Assembly: GCF_012295525.1 (NCBI RefSeq)
Contig: NZ_CP051167.1
Span: 5,813,299 to 5,877,298 of the forward strand
DNA: 64,000 nt
Direction: 5' to 3'
Source: Oxynema aestuarii AP17
GTDB lineage: Bacteria; Cyanobacteriota; Cyanobacteriia; Cyanobacteriales; Laspinemataceae
Shown here one piece after another: positions 10,236 to 19,062 of the stretch. How positions within the stretch are numbered: the first letter of the stretch is position 1; every line of letters starts with the position of its first letter. The notes below the pieces were generated by a model. That model was not told the DNA's origin and searched no databases. It worked only from the letters and a program-made list of their open reading frames with translations. The translations under genes and the position numbers were made by a program.

Positions 10236-11771
10236 TTATTCCTCAATCCGATCGCGACGGGATCCCCGACGCTCTCCTCCCGACTCGCGACTCTCGCTTC
10301 CCGACGGGCGATCGCCCCACAGACGGCGATAGTCTTCGCGAGGGCGATCGTAGCATTCCAACTCGCCGATCGCCTCTACCCCCGCCTCGTCCAGCAGTTG
10401 GAAAATCGCCCGCGCGTTTTCCCGAGTGGCGGTTTCGTCGATCAGGGTGGGACTGAAACTGTTAATCGAGATCGAATTGGCGCCGAAGTCGCGATCCGGT
10501 GCAATCACCGTGACGACTTCATCCCCGGCGATATTTTTCACTTTCACCGCATAGGCTTCGCGGCGATCGCCCGTCTGATAACACGCATCGGTTTCGGGAT
10601 TGACCAGAGTATAACCCAAAGATCCGAGAACTTCGACCACACAATCGGCAATTTCGGCGCGCATTTGCGAACTGAGAATCGCCAATTTCGCCGCCGCGAC
10701 GACTTCATCGAAACGAGGTTGCAGGTTTTCGAGGCGATCGGCGATCGCTTCGAGTTGGGTCGTCGTGAGGGTCCGTTCCCCTTGTTCTAACTCCGTTTCG
10801 AGCGTCGCGAGTTCCCCTTCGTACTCGCTTAACGCCCCTTTCGACCAGTAATCCACCTCGACTTTAAAGCGTTCCGCCTCCGTTCCCTCGCCGATTTCGA
10901 GTTCGCACTCGCGATTGGCGTTGACTTGAGCGAGTAACTCGCCTAAATCCGTCGAAATCGCGTGATAGAGTAACAGCCATTGTTGTTCTTGGCGTTCCAG
11001 GTCGAGCCGCAGTTGATTCAATTCTAGATAAGTTTTCTGAGTCGTGGCGATCGCCGCTTCGCCGAGTCCCGCCGTCAGGTTGTCCCGCGCCAGCTCCAAC
11101 TGGCGCCGTAAAGCGCTTAACTGTCCCGGCGCGAACTGTTCGTGGCGGTATTGGCGATCGGTTTGTTGCCAGATAGCGTCCACATCGGCCCACAACGACT
11201 CGGCGAGTTCGATTTTGCGGCTTTTTTCCGCTTCGATCCCCCGCACGATCGCCTCCAATTGTCCCGTCAACTTGGCTTCGGTGGCTTCTCTCGCAGCCCG
11301 TTCCGTGGCGATCGCCTCCTGGAAAGCGCGATCGCGCTGTTGCAGCGTCCTCAGCCATTCCTGGCGCTGCTGTCGGTGCAGTTGCAAATATTCCTGACGC
11401 TGCCGTTCCCATCCCAGACGCGCCGTGGCGTCGAGGCGATCGGTTTGGCGCTGGAGAGCTTGCGCCTGTTGAGTTTGCAGCCGTTCCACCGTCGAGCGAA
11501 ACTCCTGTTGCTGTCGTTCCAGACGGCGGGCGTTTTCCCGTTCGAGATCGGCTAAATTCGTCCTCAAGCGATCGGCGAGTTGCGCTTGATGGAGCGCCCG
11601 TTGCTGCAGGGGGAGTAACTGCCGCTCGAACGCTTGCTGGGAGTGCGATCGCAGCAAATTCAAGCGCTCCGGTAAGTCGGATTGCAGCGATCGTAGACGA
11701 CTGTCTTGTTCTTGCAACCGCCGCCATTGAGACTCTTCAACGCGCACGTAACGCCGTTTTTCACCGCTCAT
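10236..11771 (-). CDS. long coiled-coil protein with an unknown C-terminal globular domain
   Basis: ATG at 11771. Gln/Arg/Leu-rich heptads span roughly the first 380 aa. The C-terminal domain VVEVLGSLGYTLVNPETDACYQ...AIFQLLDEAGVEAIGELECY has no recognisable motif. Confidence 0.6.
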   Translation of the reverse strand: MSGEKRRYVRVEESQWRRLQEQDSRLRSLQSDLPERLNLLRSHSQQAFERQLLPLQQRALHQAQLADRLRTNLADLERENARRLERQQQEFRSTVERLQTQQAQALQRQTDRLDATARLGWERQRQEYLQLHRQQRQEWLRTLQQRDRAFQEAIATERAAREATEAKLTGQLEAIVRGIEAEKSRKIELAESLWADVDAIWQQTDRQYRHEQFAPGQLSALRRQLELARDNLTAGLGEAAIATTQKTYLELNQLRLDLERQEQQWLLLYHAISTDLGELLAQVNANRECELEIGEGTEAERFKVEVDYWSKGALSEYEGELATLETELEQGERTLTTTQLEAIADRLENLQPRFDEVVAAAKLAILSSQMRAEIADCVVEVLGSLGYTLVNPETDACYQTGDRREAYAVKVKNIAGDEVVTVIAPDRDFGANSISINSFSPTLIDETATRENARAIFQLLDEAGVEAIGELECYDRPREDYRRLWGDRPSGSESRESGGERRGSRRDRIEE

Positions 11772-11875
11772 CACACCTGCTCCACTGATTCAACGCACAT
11801 CGAGATTCGTTTCGTTCAATCCTATCTCGTTCGCCGGGAATTCCCGACCGACACTAAAATCTAAAAAATCTAAAA

Positions 11876-11908
11876 CCCAAAAAAAAGCCCGCCTCAATCG
11901 GCGGACTC
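11876..11908 (-). terminator. rho-independent terminator of sodB
   Basis: The minus strand reads ...GTCCGCC-GATTGA-GGCGGGC followed by T9. On the plus strand this is aaaaaaaaagcccgcctcaatcggcggac. Confidence 0.65.
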
Positions 11909-11942
11909 GAAATCGAAGACTCTTCGACGAGCAAAATGACGA

Positions 11943-12545
11943 TTACATCGCGGCTTTCAGTTGTTCGGCGACGAAATCCCAGTTGACCAGATTGTTGAGG
12001 AAGGTGTCGATGTAGTCGGGACGCTTGTTTTGGTAGTCGAGATAGTAAGCGTGTTCCCAAACGTCGATCGTCAACAAGGGAGTTTGACCCGTGGCGATGG
12101 GGGTGACGGCGTTGGGGGTCTTGGTGACTTTGAGGGTGCCGTTGTCGAGCACTAACCAAGCCCAACCACTACCGAACTGGGTGGCGGCGGCGTTTTTGAG
12201 TTCTTCTTTGAATTTGTCAAAGCTCCCGAAATCGGCTTTGATTTTGTCAGCCAGGGCGCCCGTGGGTTCGCCACCGCCACCGGGTTTCATGCAATTCCAG
12301 TAAAAGCTGTGGTTCCAAGCTTGGGCGGCGTTGTTGAACAGCCCAGCTTTGGACTCGTCGTTGTAGATGGCTTTAATGACATCTTCGATCGCCTGGTTGG
12401 CGTGAGCGGTCCCTTCGATCGCGGCGTTGTATTTGCTGACGTAAGCCGCGTGGTGCTTGTCGTGGTGGAATTCCAAGGTACTCTTGGAAATGTGGGGTTC
12501 GAGGGCGGTGTAGTCGTAAGGTAAGGCGGGTAATTCGTAAGCCAT
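11943..12545 (-). CDS. sodB: iron superoxide dismutase
   Basis: ATG start. The sequence MAYELPALPYDYTALEPHIS...LEFHHDKHH and DVWEHAYY are Fe/Mn SOD signatures. The NNAAQAWNHSFYW motif (Ala-Gln) is the Fe-SOD type. Confidence 0.9.
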   Translation of the reverse strand: MAYELPALPYDYTALEPHISKSTLEFHHDKHHAAYVSKYNAAIEGTAHANQAIEDVIKAIYNDESKAGLFNNAAQAWNHSFYWNCMKPGGGGEPTGALADKIKADFGSFDKFKEELKNAAATQFGSGWAWLVLDNGTLKVTKTPNAVTPIATGQTPLLTIDVWEHAYYLDYQNKRPDYIDTFLNNLVNWDFVAEQLKAAM

Positions 12546-12888
12546 AGTGTTCGATCCTCTCTAACAAGTCTCTTTAGGCGGGACGATCTGCGCGTGGGCA
12601 GTTTGGCTTCGTCCGGCGTTGGACAAGTGGCGCGCGATCGCTCGCGGCGGCAGCTTTCCAACATTACGATAGAATTTTATATCAAAAGTCCCCTCGGATC
12701 TACGATTTTGTTGGAGAATCTATCTGTGGGTAGAGAATTGGGCGATCGAGAGCGCCCCCGTAGATCCCACGGTGTCGTTGAGATTTTAGCGTTGAGATGG
12801 ACTGGGGAAGCAGTTCCGATGCCCGCGCTGCGGACGCGGGACTCGCGGGTTTTGCTAAAATCCTCTCAAATCCACCCGCATACACTTC

Positions 12889-14811
12889 ATGAGTGACACG
12901 GTTTTAGACGTTCGCAATTTGCAGGTTCAATTTGAAACCGACGAAAAACTCGTTACCGCCGTTAACGGGATTTCATTCGAGGTCCGGCGCGGTCAAACTC
13001 TCGGGATTGTCGGCGAGTCCGGTTCCGGAAAATCGGTGACCTCCTTAGCCGTGATGGGATTAGTCCCCAATCCCGGCAAAGTCGCCGACGGCGAAATCTG
13101 GTTTCGCGACGACGCCGCCGCCGACCCGGTGAACTTGCAACGCCTGTCACGGGAAGAAAAACAACCCTATCGCGGCAGTCGGATTTCGATGATTTTTCAG
13201 GAACCGATGAGCGCCCTCAATCCGGTCTACGATATCGGTTTCCAAATGACCGAAGCCATTTTAATGCACCAAAAGGTCTCGGTCTCGGAAGCCCGCAGAC
13301 AAGCGGTGGCGCGCTTGCAAGAGGTCAAACTCCTCCCGAGTGACGAACAGTTGCGCGACCGTCTCGAAGGGCGTGAGGGCATGAGCGAACGCGAGATCGC
13401 CAGCGCCATTAACGATCGCAAACTCGCCATCCTCAAACGCTATCCCCACGAACTCTCCGGCGGTCAAATTCAGCGCGTGACGATTGCTATGGCGATCGCG
13501 TGCAATCCTACCCTATTAATAGCCGACGAACCGACCACCGCCTTAGATGTGACAGTTCAAGCCTCGATTCTCCAATTATTGCGGGAGTTGCGCGACGCCC
13601 GGGGCATGTCGATGATCTTTATTACCCACGATTTGGGCGTGATTGCGGAAATTGCCGATCGCGTGGCGGTGATGTATCGCGGCAAAATTGTCGAGTCCGG
13701 TTCGGTGCTCGATATTTTTGCCCAGCCCCAACATCCTTATACAAAAGGACTGTTAGCCTGTCGTCCCCAACCGGACAAACGCCTGGTTTACCTGCCCACG
13801 GTGGCCGATTTTATGGAAGAGGTAACCGACGACTCCGGGGAAGTGGAAATGCGATCGAAATCCCCCGATCGATCGCCGACCCCGGAAGCGGCGGCAGCAG
13901 TGGCAACCCCTACAGAAGTCCCCCCTACAGAAGTCAGTGCTGTCGAGAGCGATCGCCGTTTGAGTCAATTGCAAGAACGCGGGGTGTTACTCTCGGCAAA
14001 TAACTTGCAAGTCGCCTTTCCTATTCGCGGTATTTTCGGCGAAACGCAACGCTATTTTATGGCGGTTAAAGGGGTTTCCTTCGAGGTCTATTTAGGCGAA
14101 ACTCTCGGTTTAGTCGGCGAGTCCGGTTGTGGCAAAACTACCTTAGCCCGCAGTTTGTTGCGCTTGGTAGAACCGACGGGAGGCGAGGTCATTTTTGACG
14201 GCAAAAATTTAATCGATTTAGAGGGGTTATCCCTGCGCCAAGTGCGCCAACAAATGCAAATTATCTTTCAAAATCCCTTCGGTTCGCTCAATCCGCGTAT
14301 GAATATCGGCGCCTTGGTGATGGAACCGTTGCGGATTCATTTTCCCAAGCAGAAAAAGGCCACTCACCGCGATCGCGCCGCCTATTTGTTGGAACGAGTC
14401 GGGTTAAATCCGGAGTTGATGAATCGCTATCCTCACGAGTTTTCGGGCGGTCAACGGCAACGGGTTTGCATTGCGCGGGCTTTGGCATTAAATCCGAAGT
14501 TTATTATCTGCGACGAGTCGGTTTCGGCGTTGGATGTTTCGGTGCAAGCCCAGGTACTCAATTTATTAAAAGAGTTGCAACAAGAGTTCGAGTTGACTTA
14601 TATCTTTATTTCCCACGATTTAAGTGTGGTCAAGTTCATGAGCGATCGCATTATGGTGATGAATCAGGGGAAAATTGAGGAAATCGGCCCGGCGGAACAA
14701 ATTTATCGCCAACCGCAACAAGCCTACACGCGATCGTTGATCGATTCGATTCCTACGGGGAGTTTGGAACGGATTAAAGAACAACAAGCGGGTCGTCAAC
14801 TGTCGGCTTAG
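12889..14811 (+). CDS. ABC transporter ATP-binding protein with duplicated ATPase domains (peptide/nickel DppD/F-GsiA type)
   Basis: Two Walker A motifs (GESGSGKS and GESGCGKT). Two signature motifs (LSGGQIQR and FSGGQRQR). Both C-terminal oligopeptide-type extensions are present. No permease or binding-protein gene is adjacent. Confidence 0.85.
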   Translation: MSDTVLDVRNLQVQFETDEKLVTAVNGISFEVRRGQTLGIVGESGSGKSVTSLAVMGLVPNPGKVADGEIWFRDDAAADPVNLQRLSREEKQPYRGSRISMIFQEPMSALNPVYDIGFQMTEAILMHQKVSVSEARRQAVARLQEVKLLPSDEQLRDRLEGREGMSEREIASAINDRKLAILKRYPHELSGGQIQRVTIAMAIACNPTLLIADEPTTALDVTVQASILQLLRELRDARGMSMIFITHDLGVIAEIADRVAVMYRGKIVESGSVLDIFAQPQHPYTKGLLACRPQPDKRLVYLPTVADFMEEVTDDSGEVEMRSKSPDRSPTPEAAAAVATPTEVPPTEVSAVESDRRLSQLQERGVLLSANNLQVAFPIRGIFGETQRYFMAVKGVSFEVYLGETLGLVGESGCGKTTLARSLLRLVEPTGGEVIFDGKNLIDLEGLSLRQVRQQMQIIFQNPFGSLNPRMNIGALVMEPLRIHFPKQKKATHRDRAAYLLERVGLNPELMNRYPHEFSGGQRQRVCIARALALNPKFIICDESVSALDVSVQAQVLNLLKELQQEFELTYIFISHDLSVVKFMSDRIMVMNQGKIEEIGPAEQIYRQPQQAYTRSLIDSIPTGSLERIKEQQAGRQLSA

Positions 14812-14910
14812 TTGTGATTGTGTTGGAGGTTTTGGATCCGACGATCGCGGGTTTAAATCGGGTCAAAATCTACCCATCGGGGGGTATTCTATCAACATCA
14901 AACTTTTAAG

Positions 14911-14960
14911 GGTAATTCACTCCAATTCAGTACAATTCAGTACAATTCAGTACAATTAAG
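14911..14960. repeat. 10-bp tandem repeat x5 (tacaattcag family)
   Basis: The five units read ggtaattcac tccaattcag tacaattcag tacaattcag tacaattaag. Confidence 0.7.
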
Positions 14961-15055
14961 TCCAACTTCAGGGCGAGGCGAGACTCCAAGGGGGCCGTTT
15001 CGCGATCGCCCGGGAGTCGAGCAGCCCTCTCTCATTTTTTCTCACTTAAATCGCG

Positions 15056-16507
15056 ATGAATTTTGCTGAAAAATTACAAACCGCCATTGACTGCAATCAA
15101 AGCCTGTTGTGCGTCGGACTCGATCCGAGTGCGGAAACGTTACCGTCTCGTTTCGGTTCCCCTCGGGATCTCGACGAGTTAGTACAAAAGTGCGAAATTT
15201 GGTTGAAAGAGGCGATCGCTCACACGAAAGATGCGGTTTGCGCCTACAAGCCGACCTTGGGATTTTACACTGCTTTGGGGCCGCCGGGAATGGCCTTACT
15301 CGAACGCATTTTAAGCCGGATTCCCTCGGAAATTCCGGTGATTTTAGACGCGAAACACGGCGATCTCAACAGTAGCACGCTGTTGGCACGCACGATTTTC
15401 GATCGCTGGCAGGTCGATGCGGTGACCTTGAGTCCCTATCCCGGACAGGATTTAGCGGCGCCGTTTCTCCTCTACCCGGATAAGGCAATTTTCGTCCTCT
15501 GTCACACCTCGAACCCGGCGGCGGTGTCCCTACAGGAGTTTCCCAATGCTCAAGCCCCTTTTTACCTGCATTTGGTCGCAGAAGTGCAAACCTGGGGAAC
15601 TCCGGAACAGGTGGCGTTAGAAGTGGGAACGGCGCAACCGGAAGCATTGGCGCGGGTACGGGCGATCGCCCCGGAAAGACCCCTGTTACTTCGCAGTATT
15701 TGGGCGGAAGGGGGCAATTTAGAGGATATTTTAGCCGCAGGCTTGAACGCGACCGGGGCCGGGGCGATCGTGCCGATCCCCCAAGATTGGCTCGCCAGTC
15801 CGAATTTGAAGGCTTTGGTCGCCGGATTGCGCGAAACAGTCAATCAAGTGCGAATTCGCCTCCCTCACGAGGTGCAAGCCTGTCCGGTCTGGTTGCCGGA
15901 TCTGCCGCCGGGCGATCGCCATCCCCACGGGGATTTGATCTTACAACTCTACGATATTGGTTGTATTTTATTTGGCGAATACGTACAAGCTTCGGGATCG
16001 ATTTTTCCTTACTATATCGACTTACGAAAAATTATCTCGAATCCCCAAATTTTTGATAAAATTATTAATGCTTATGCCGAAATCGTCCGAGACTTAAAGT
16101 TCGATCGGATCGCCGGAATTCCTTACGGCGCCTTGCCGACGGCAACGGGATTGGCGTTAAAGTTAAATCATCCGATGATTTTTCCGCGCAAAGAGGTCAA
16201 AGCTCACGGAACGCGGCGTCTGGTCGAGGGGAATTTCAACCCAGGAGAAACCGCAGTGGTGATTGACGATATTTTAATTTCGGGAAAAAGCGCGATCGAA
16301 GGGGCTCAAAAGTTAGAATCGACGGGGTTGAAGGTGGAAGATATCGTCGTGTTTATCGACCACGAAAAAGGAGTGAAAGACCGCTTGAAACAGGCGGGAT
16401 ATCGCGCTCATTCGGTGTTGTCGATTTCGGAGATTGTCAAAACTTTATACGATCTCGGTCGGATCGATCGCGACCAATTCGACGCCTTGAATGAAGGAGA
16501 CGATTAA
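15056..16507 (+). CDS. pyrFE: bifunctional orotidine-5'-phosphate decarboxylase / orotate phosphoribosyltransferase
   Basis: The N-terminal half has LCVGLDPS and VILDAKHGDLNS (type-2 OMP decarboxylase). The C-terminal half has the PRPP-binding motif VVIDDILISGKS and the orotate PRTase fold. Confidence 0.85.
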   Translation: MNFAEKLQTAIDCNQSLLCVGLDPSAETLPSRFGSPRDLDELVQKCEIWLKEAIAHTKDAVCAYKPTLGFYTALGPPGMALLERILSRIPSEIPVILDAKHGDLNSSTLLARTIFDRWQVDAVTLSPYPGQDLAAPFLLYPDKAIFVLCHTSNPAAVSLQEFPNAQAPFYLHLVAEVQTWGTPEQVALEVGTAQPEALARVRAIAPERPLLLRSIWAEGGNLEDILAAGLNATGAGAIVPIPQDWLASPNLKALVAGLRETVNQVRIRLPHEVQACPVWLPDLPPGDRHPHGDLILQLYDIGCILFGEYVQASGSIFPYYIDLRKIISNPQIFDKIINAYAEIVRDLKFDRIAGIPYGALPTATGLALKLNHPMIFPRKEVKAHGTRRLVEGNFNPGETAVVIDDILISGKSAIEGAQKLESTGLKVEDIVVFIDHEKGVKDRLKQAGYRAHSVLSISEIVKTLYDLGRIDRDQFDALNEGDD

Positions 16508-16593
16508 AAAAAATCCTCCTTGTCGATGCCGTCGAACCTCCCAAACATCCTCTCGGAACATCGCGATCGGCAAATTGATAACACAAAAGGGTT

Positions 16594-19062
16594 ATGGTTG
16601 GAATTGTTATTGTTTCTCACAGCGAGAAATTAGCCGCCGCCGTGCGAGAACTGACACGGCAAATGGTCGGATCGGCAGTAGAGATCGCGATCGCGGCGGG
16701 GATTGACGACCCGGAAAATCCCTTTGGAACCGACCCGATGCGCGTGCTGGCGGCGATCGAAGCGGCAGATCGCGGCGAGGGAGTATTGCTGTTGATGGAC
16801 TTGGGCAGTGCGGTGATGAGTGCGGAAATGGCCTTAGAATTTCTAGAGGCCGATCGCCGTTCCCGGGTGCAATTGTGCGAAGCTCCCTTAGTCGAAGGGG
16901 CGATCGCCGCCGCCGTGGCAGTCTCCACCGGGGCGAACCTCGATCGCGCGATCGCCGAAGCCCGCAGCGCCCTGACCCCGAAAGCCTGCCAACTCGGAAT
17001 CGAACCCGCGTCCCCACCCGCGCCCAACGCCGCGACGGGGGAGCCGACCTCACAACTGCGCCTCACGGTCTGCAACCGCCTCGGCATTCACGCCCGACCC
17101 GCCGCCCTGTTCGTCCAAATCGCCTCACAATTCACCGCGTCGATCGCCGTCACCAATCTCAGGCGCTCGTCCGAGGCGATCGACGGGAAAAGTATCATCC
17201 AACTGATGACCTTGGGGGTGCGTCAGGGGGACGAAATCGCGATCGCCGCCCGGGGAATCGACGCCGGGAACGCCGTGCAAGCCTTGAAAGAACTGATCCA
17301 GTGCAACTTTCACGAAGGGGACGCCGACGTCCCGGAAGTCGCCACCAGCGCGCCGACAGTCCCGACCGGGGAAGGGGTTCAGGGAATCGCCGCCTCGCCG
17401 GGAGTCGCCCTCGGGCCACTCGTTCGCTATCACCCCGTACTGCCGGAAGTGCGCGAAGCCATGGCAGAAGACCCGGAAAGTGAGTGGGATACGTTGCAAT
17501 TGGCGGTACAAAATGCGCGCCGTCAAATGCAAATGCTCGCTAATGCCATGTCTTCCCCGGAAACTGGGGCGATTTTCGAGGCCCATCAGTTATACTTGCA
17601 AGATCCCTACCTCTGGAAAGGGATCCGTCACGATATTTTCGTGGAAAAATACGGGGCGATCGCGGCGTGGAAGCGGGCGATCGACGAGACCGTAAGGCGC
17701 TATCAAAATCTCGACGATCCCTATCTCCAGGCGCGATCGAGCGATTTAAACGATATCGGCATTCGCGTTTTGCGCGCCTTATCCGGCAATAGTAGCGTCC
17801 GCCTCGAACTGAGGGATCCGGGGATTTTGCTGACGGGAGACCTGACCCCTTCGGAAGTCGCCCAACTCGATCCCAAAGTGATTTTAGGCATCTGCACCAC
17901 CGGAGGCAGTGCCAATTCTCACAGCGCGATTTTAGCCCGAAACCTCGGCATTCCGACGGTGATGGGACTCGGCGATCGCCTCGCGGGGGTTGCCGACGGC
18001 ACCGAAATCGCCCTCGACGGCGACACGGGAGAAGTGTGGGTCGAACCCGATCGCGATCGCCGTCGCACCCTCGCCGCCAAACGACAGGTGAGCGAATCTC
18101 GGGCGATCGCCCCCTCGCCGACCCAAACCCGCGACGGACGGCGCGTTACCCTCCTCGCTAACGTGATGGGCGTCCCCGATGCCCAACTGGCGCGCAATAG
18201 CGGCGCCGAAGGGGTGGGCCTGTTGCGAACCGAGTTTTTTTATTTCGATCGCCCCCTTCCCCCCGGCGAAGAAGAACAAGCACAAGTCTATCGGGCGATC
18301 GCCGATATTTTCAAAAATCGCCCCACGGTGATTCGCACCCTAGATGTCGGCGGGGACAAACCCCTACCCTGGTTGCAGTTACCGCCGGAAAATAACCCCT
18401 TTTTGGGCTTGCGCGGCATCCGCCTGCTCCTCGATCGCCCGGATCTGTTTAAAACCCAGTTGCGCGCAATTTTAAAAGCCAGTCACGGACGCCAAATTAA
18501 AGTGATGTTTCCCACCGTCGCTACCTTAGCCGAATGGCGCGCCGCCAAAGCCCTGCTCGATCGCGCCAAAGCCGAACTCGACGGGGAAGACCGGGCCTAC
18601 AACCGGGCGATCGCCGTGGGGATGATGGTCGAAATTCCCGCCGCCGTGGCGATCGCCGATCGCTTCGCCGCCGAGGTAGACTTTTTCAGCATCGGAACCA
18701 ACGATCTGACCCAATATTATCTCGCCGCCGATCGCACCAACCCCCAAGTGTCTCCCTTCGCTAACGTCCTCGAACCGTCCGTGTTGCGAGCGATCGCCCA
18801 GACCACCCGCGCCGCCGGGGCTGTAGGAGTTCCCGTCGCCGTCTGCGGCGAGTTGGCTTCCAATCCGGCGGCGGTCCCCCTTCTCGTCGGTTTGGGCATC
18901 GCCGAATTGAGCCTCAACCCCCGGGCGATCGCCGCCGTCAAAGCCGCGATCGCCCGTTTTAGCGTTCCCGAAGCCGAGGCGATCGCCGCCACCGCCTTGC
19001 AACTCGATTCTGCCGAAGCCGTCCGCAACTTCCTCCAGCAGCAGTTTTCCGCCCTCAGTTAG
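16594..19062 (+). CDS. dhaM: dihydroxyacetone kinase phosphoryl-donor subunit DhaM (EIIA-Man-like + HPr + full Enzyme I fusion)
   Basis: The N-terminus MVGIVIVSHSEKLAAAVREL...LLLMDLGSAV is a PTS EIIA(Man)-type domain. The HPr domain follows (RLTVCNRLGIHARPAALFVQIA). A complete EI is also present, with GGSANSHSAILARNLGIPTVMG and the PEP-utilising TIM barrel. Confidence 0.8.
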   Translation: MVGIVIVSHSEKLAAAVRELTRQMVGSAVEIAIAAGIDDPENPFGTDPMRVLAAIEAADRGEGVLLLMDLGSAVMSAEMALEFLEADRRSRVQLCEAPLVEGAIAAAVAVSTGANLDRAIAEARSALTPKACQLGIEPASPPAPNAATGEPTSQLRLTVCNRLGIHARPAALFVQIASQFTASIAVTNLRRSSEAIDGKSIIQLMTLGVRQGDEIAIAARGIDAGNAVQALKELIQCNFHEGDADVPEVATSAPTVPTGEGVQGIAASPGVALGPLVRYHPVLPEVREAMAEDPESEWDTLQLAVQNARRQMQMLANAMSSPETGAIFEAHQLYLQDPYLWKGIRHDIFVEKYGAIAAWKRAIDETVRRYQNLDDPYLQARSSDLNDIGIRVLRALSGNSSVRLELRDPGILLTGDLTPSEVAQLDPKVILGICTTGGSANSHSAILARNLGIPTVMGLGDRLAGVADGTEIALDGDTGEVWVEPDRDRRRTLAAKRQVSESRAIAPSPTQTRDGRRVTLLANVMGVPDAQLARNSGAEGVGLLRTEFFYFDRPLPPGEEEQAQVYRAIADIFKNRPTVIRTLDVGGDKPLPWLQLPPENNPFLGLRGIRLLLDRPDLFKTQLRAILKASHGRQIKVMFPTVATLAEWRAAKALLDRAKAELDGEDRAYNRAIAVGMMVEIPAAVAIADRFAAEVDFFSIGTNDLTQYYLAADRTNPQVSPFANVLEPSVLRAIAQTTRAAGAVGVPVAVCGELASNPAAVPLLVGLGIAELSLNPRAIAAVKAAIARFSVPEAEAIAATALQLDSAEAVRNFLQQQFSALS

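Noticed and set aside
10864-11727. 287-aa Arg/Gly-rich ORF and several other 100-130-aa ORFs overlapping the coiled-coil gene
   Set aside because: These are alternative-frame artefacts of a GC-rich gene. The in-frame coiled-coil ORF 10236..11771 explains the region.
12594-12896. 100-aa ORF in the sodB/ABC divergent intergenic region
   Set aside because: It overlaps the likely promoter region. Its composition is Arg-rich and it has no motif. It is most likely spurious.
16491-16706. Putative terminator after pyrFE (aaggaga...tcctcctt around 16500-16530)
   Set aside because: The stem is imperfect and short, and the A-run lies inside the loop. This is not convincing.
16607-17087. 148- and 156-aa minus-strand ORFs inside dhaM, and similar ORFs inside the 32844..35972 gene (e.g. 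34780..35799)
   Set aside because: These are high-GC alternative-frame ORFs fully embedded in long, well-supported genes.
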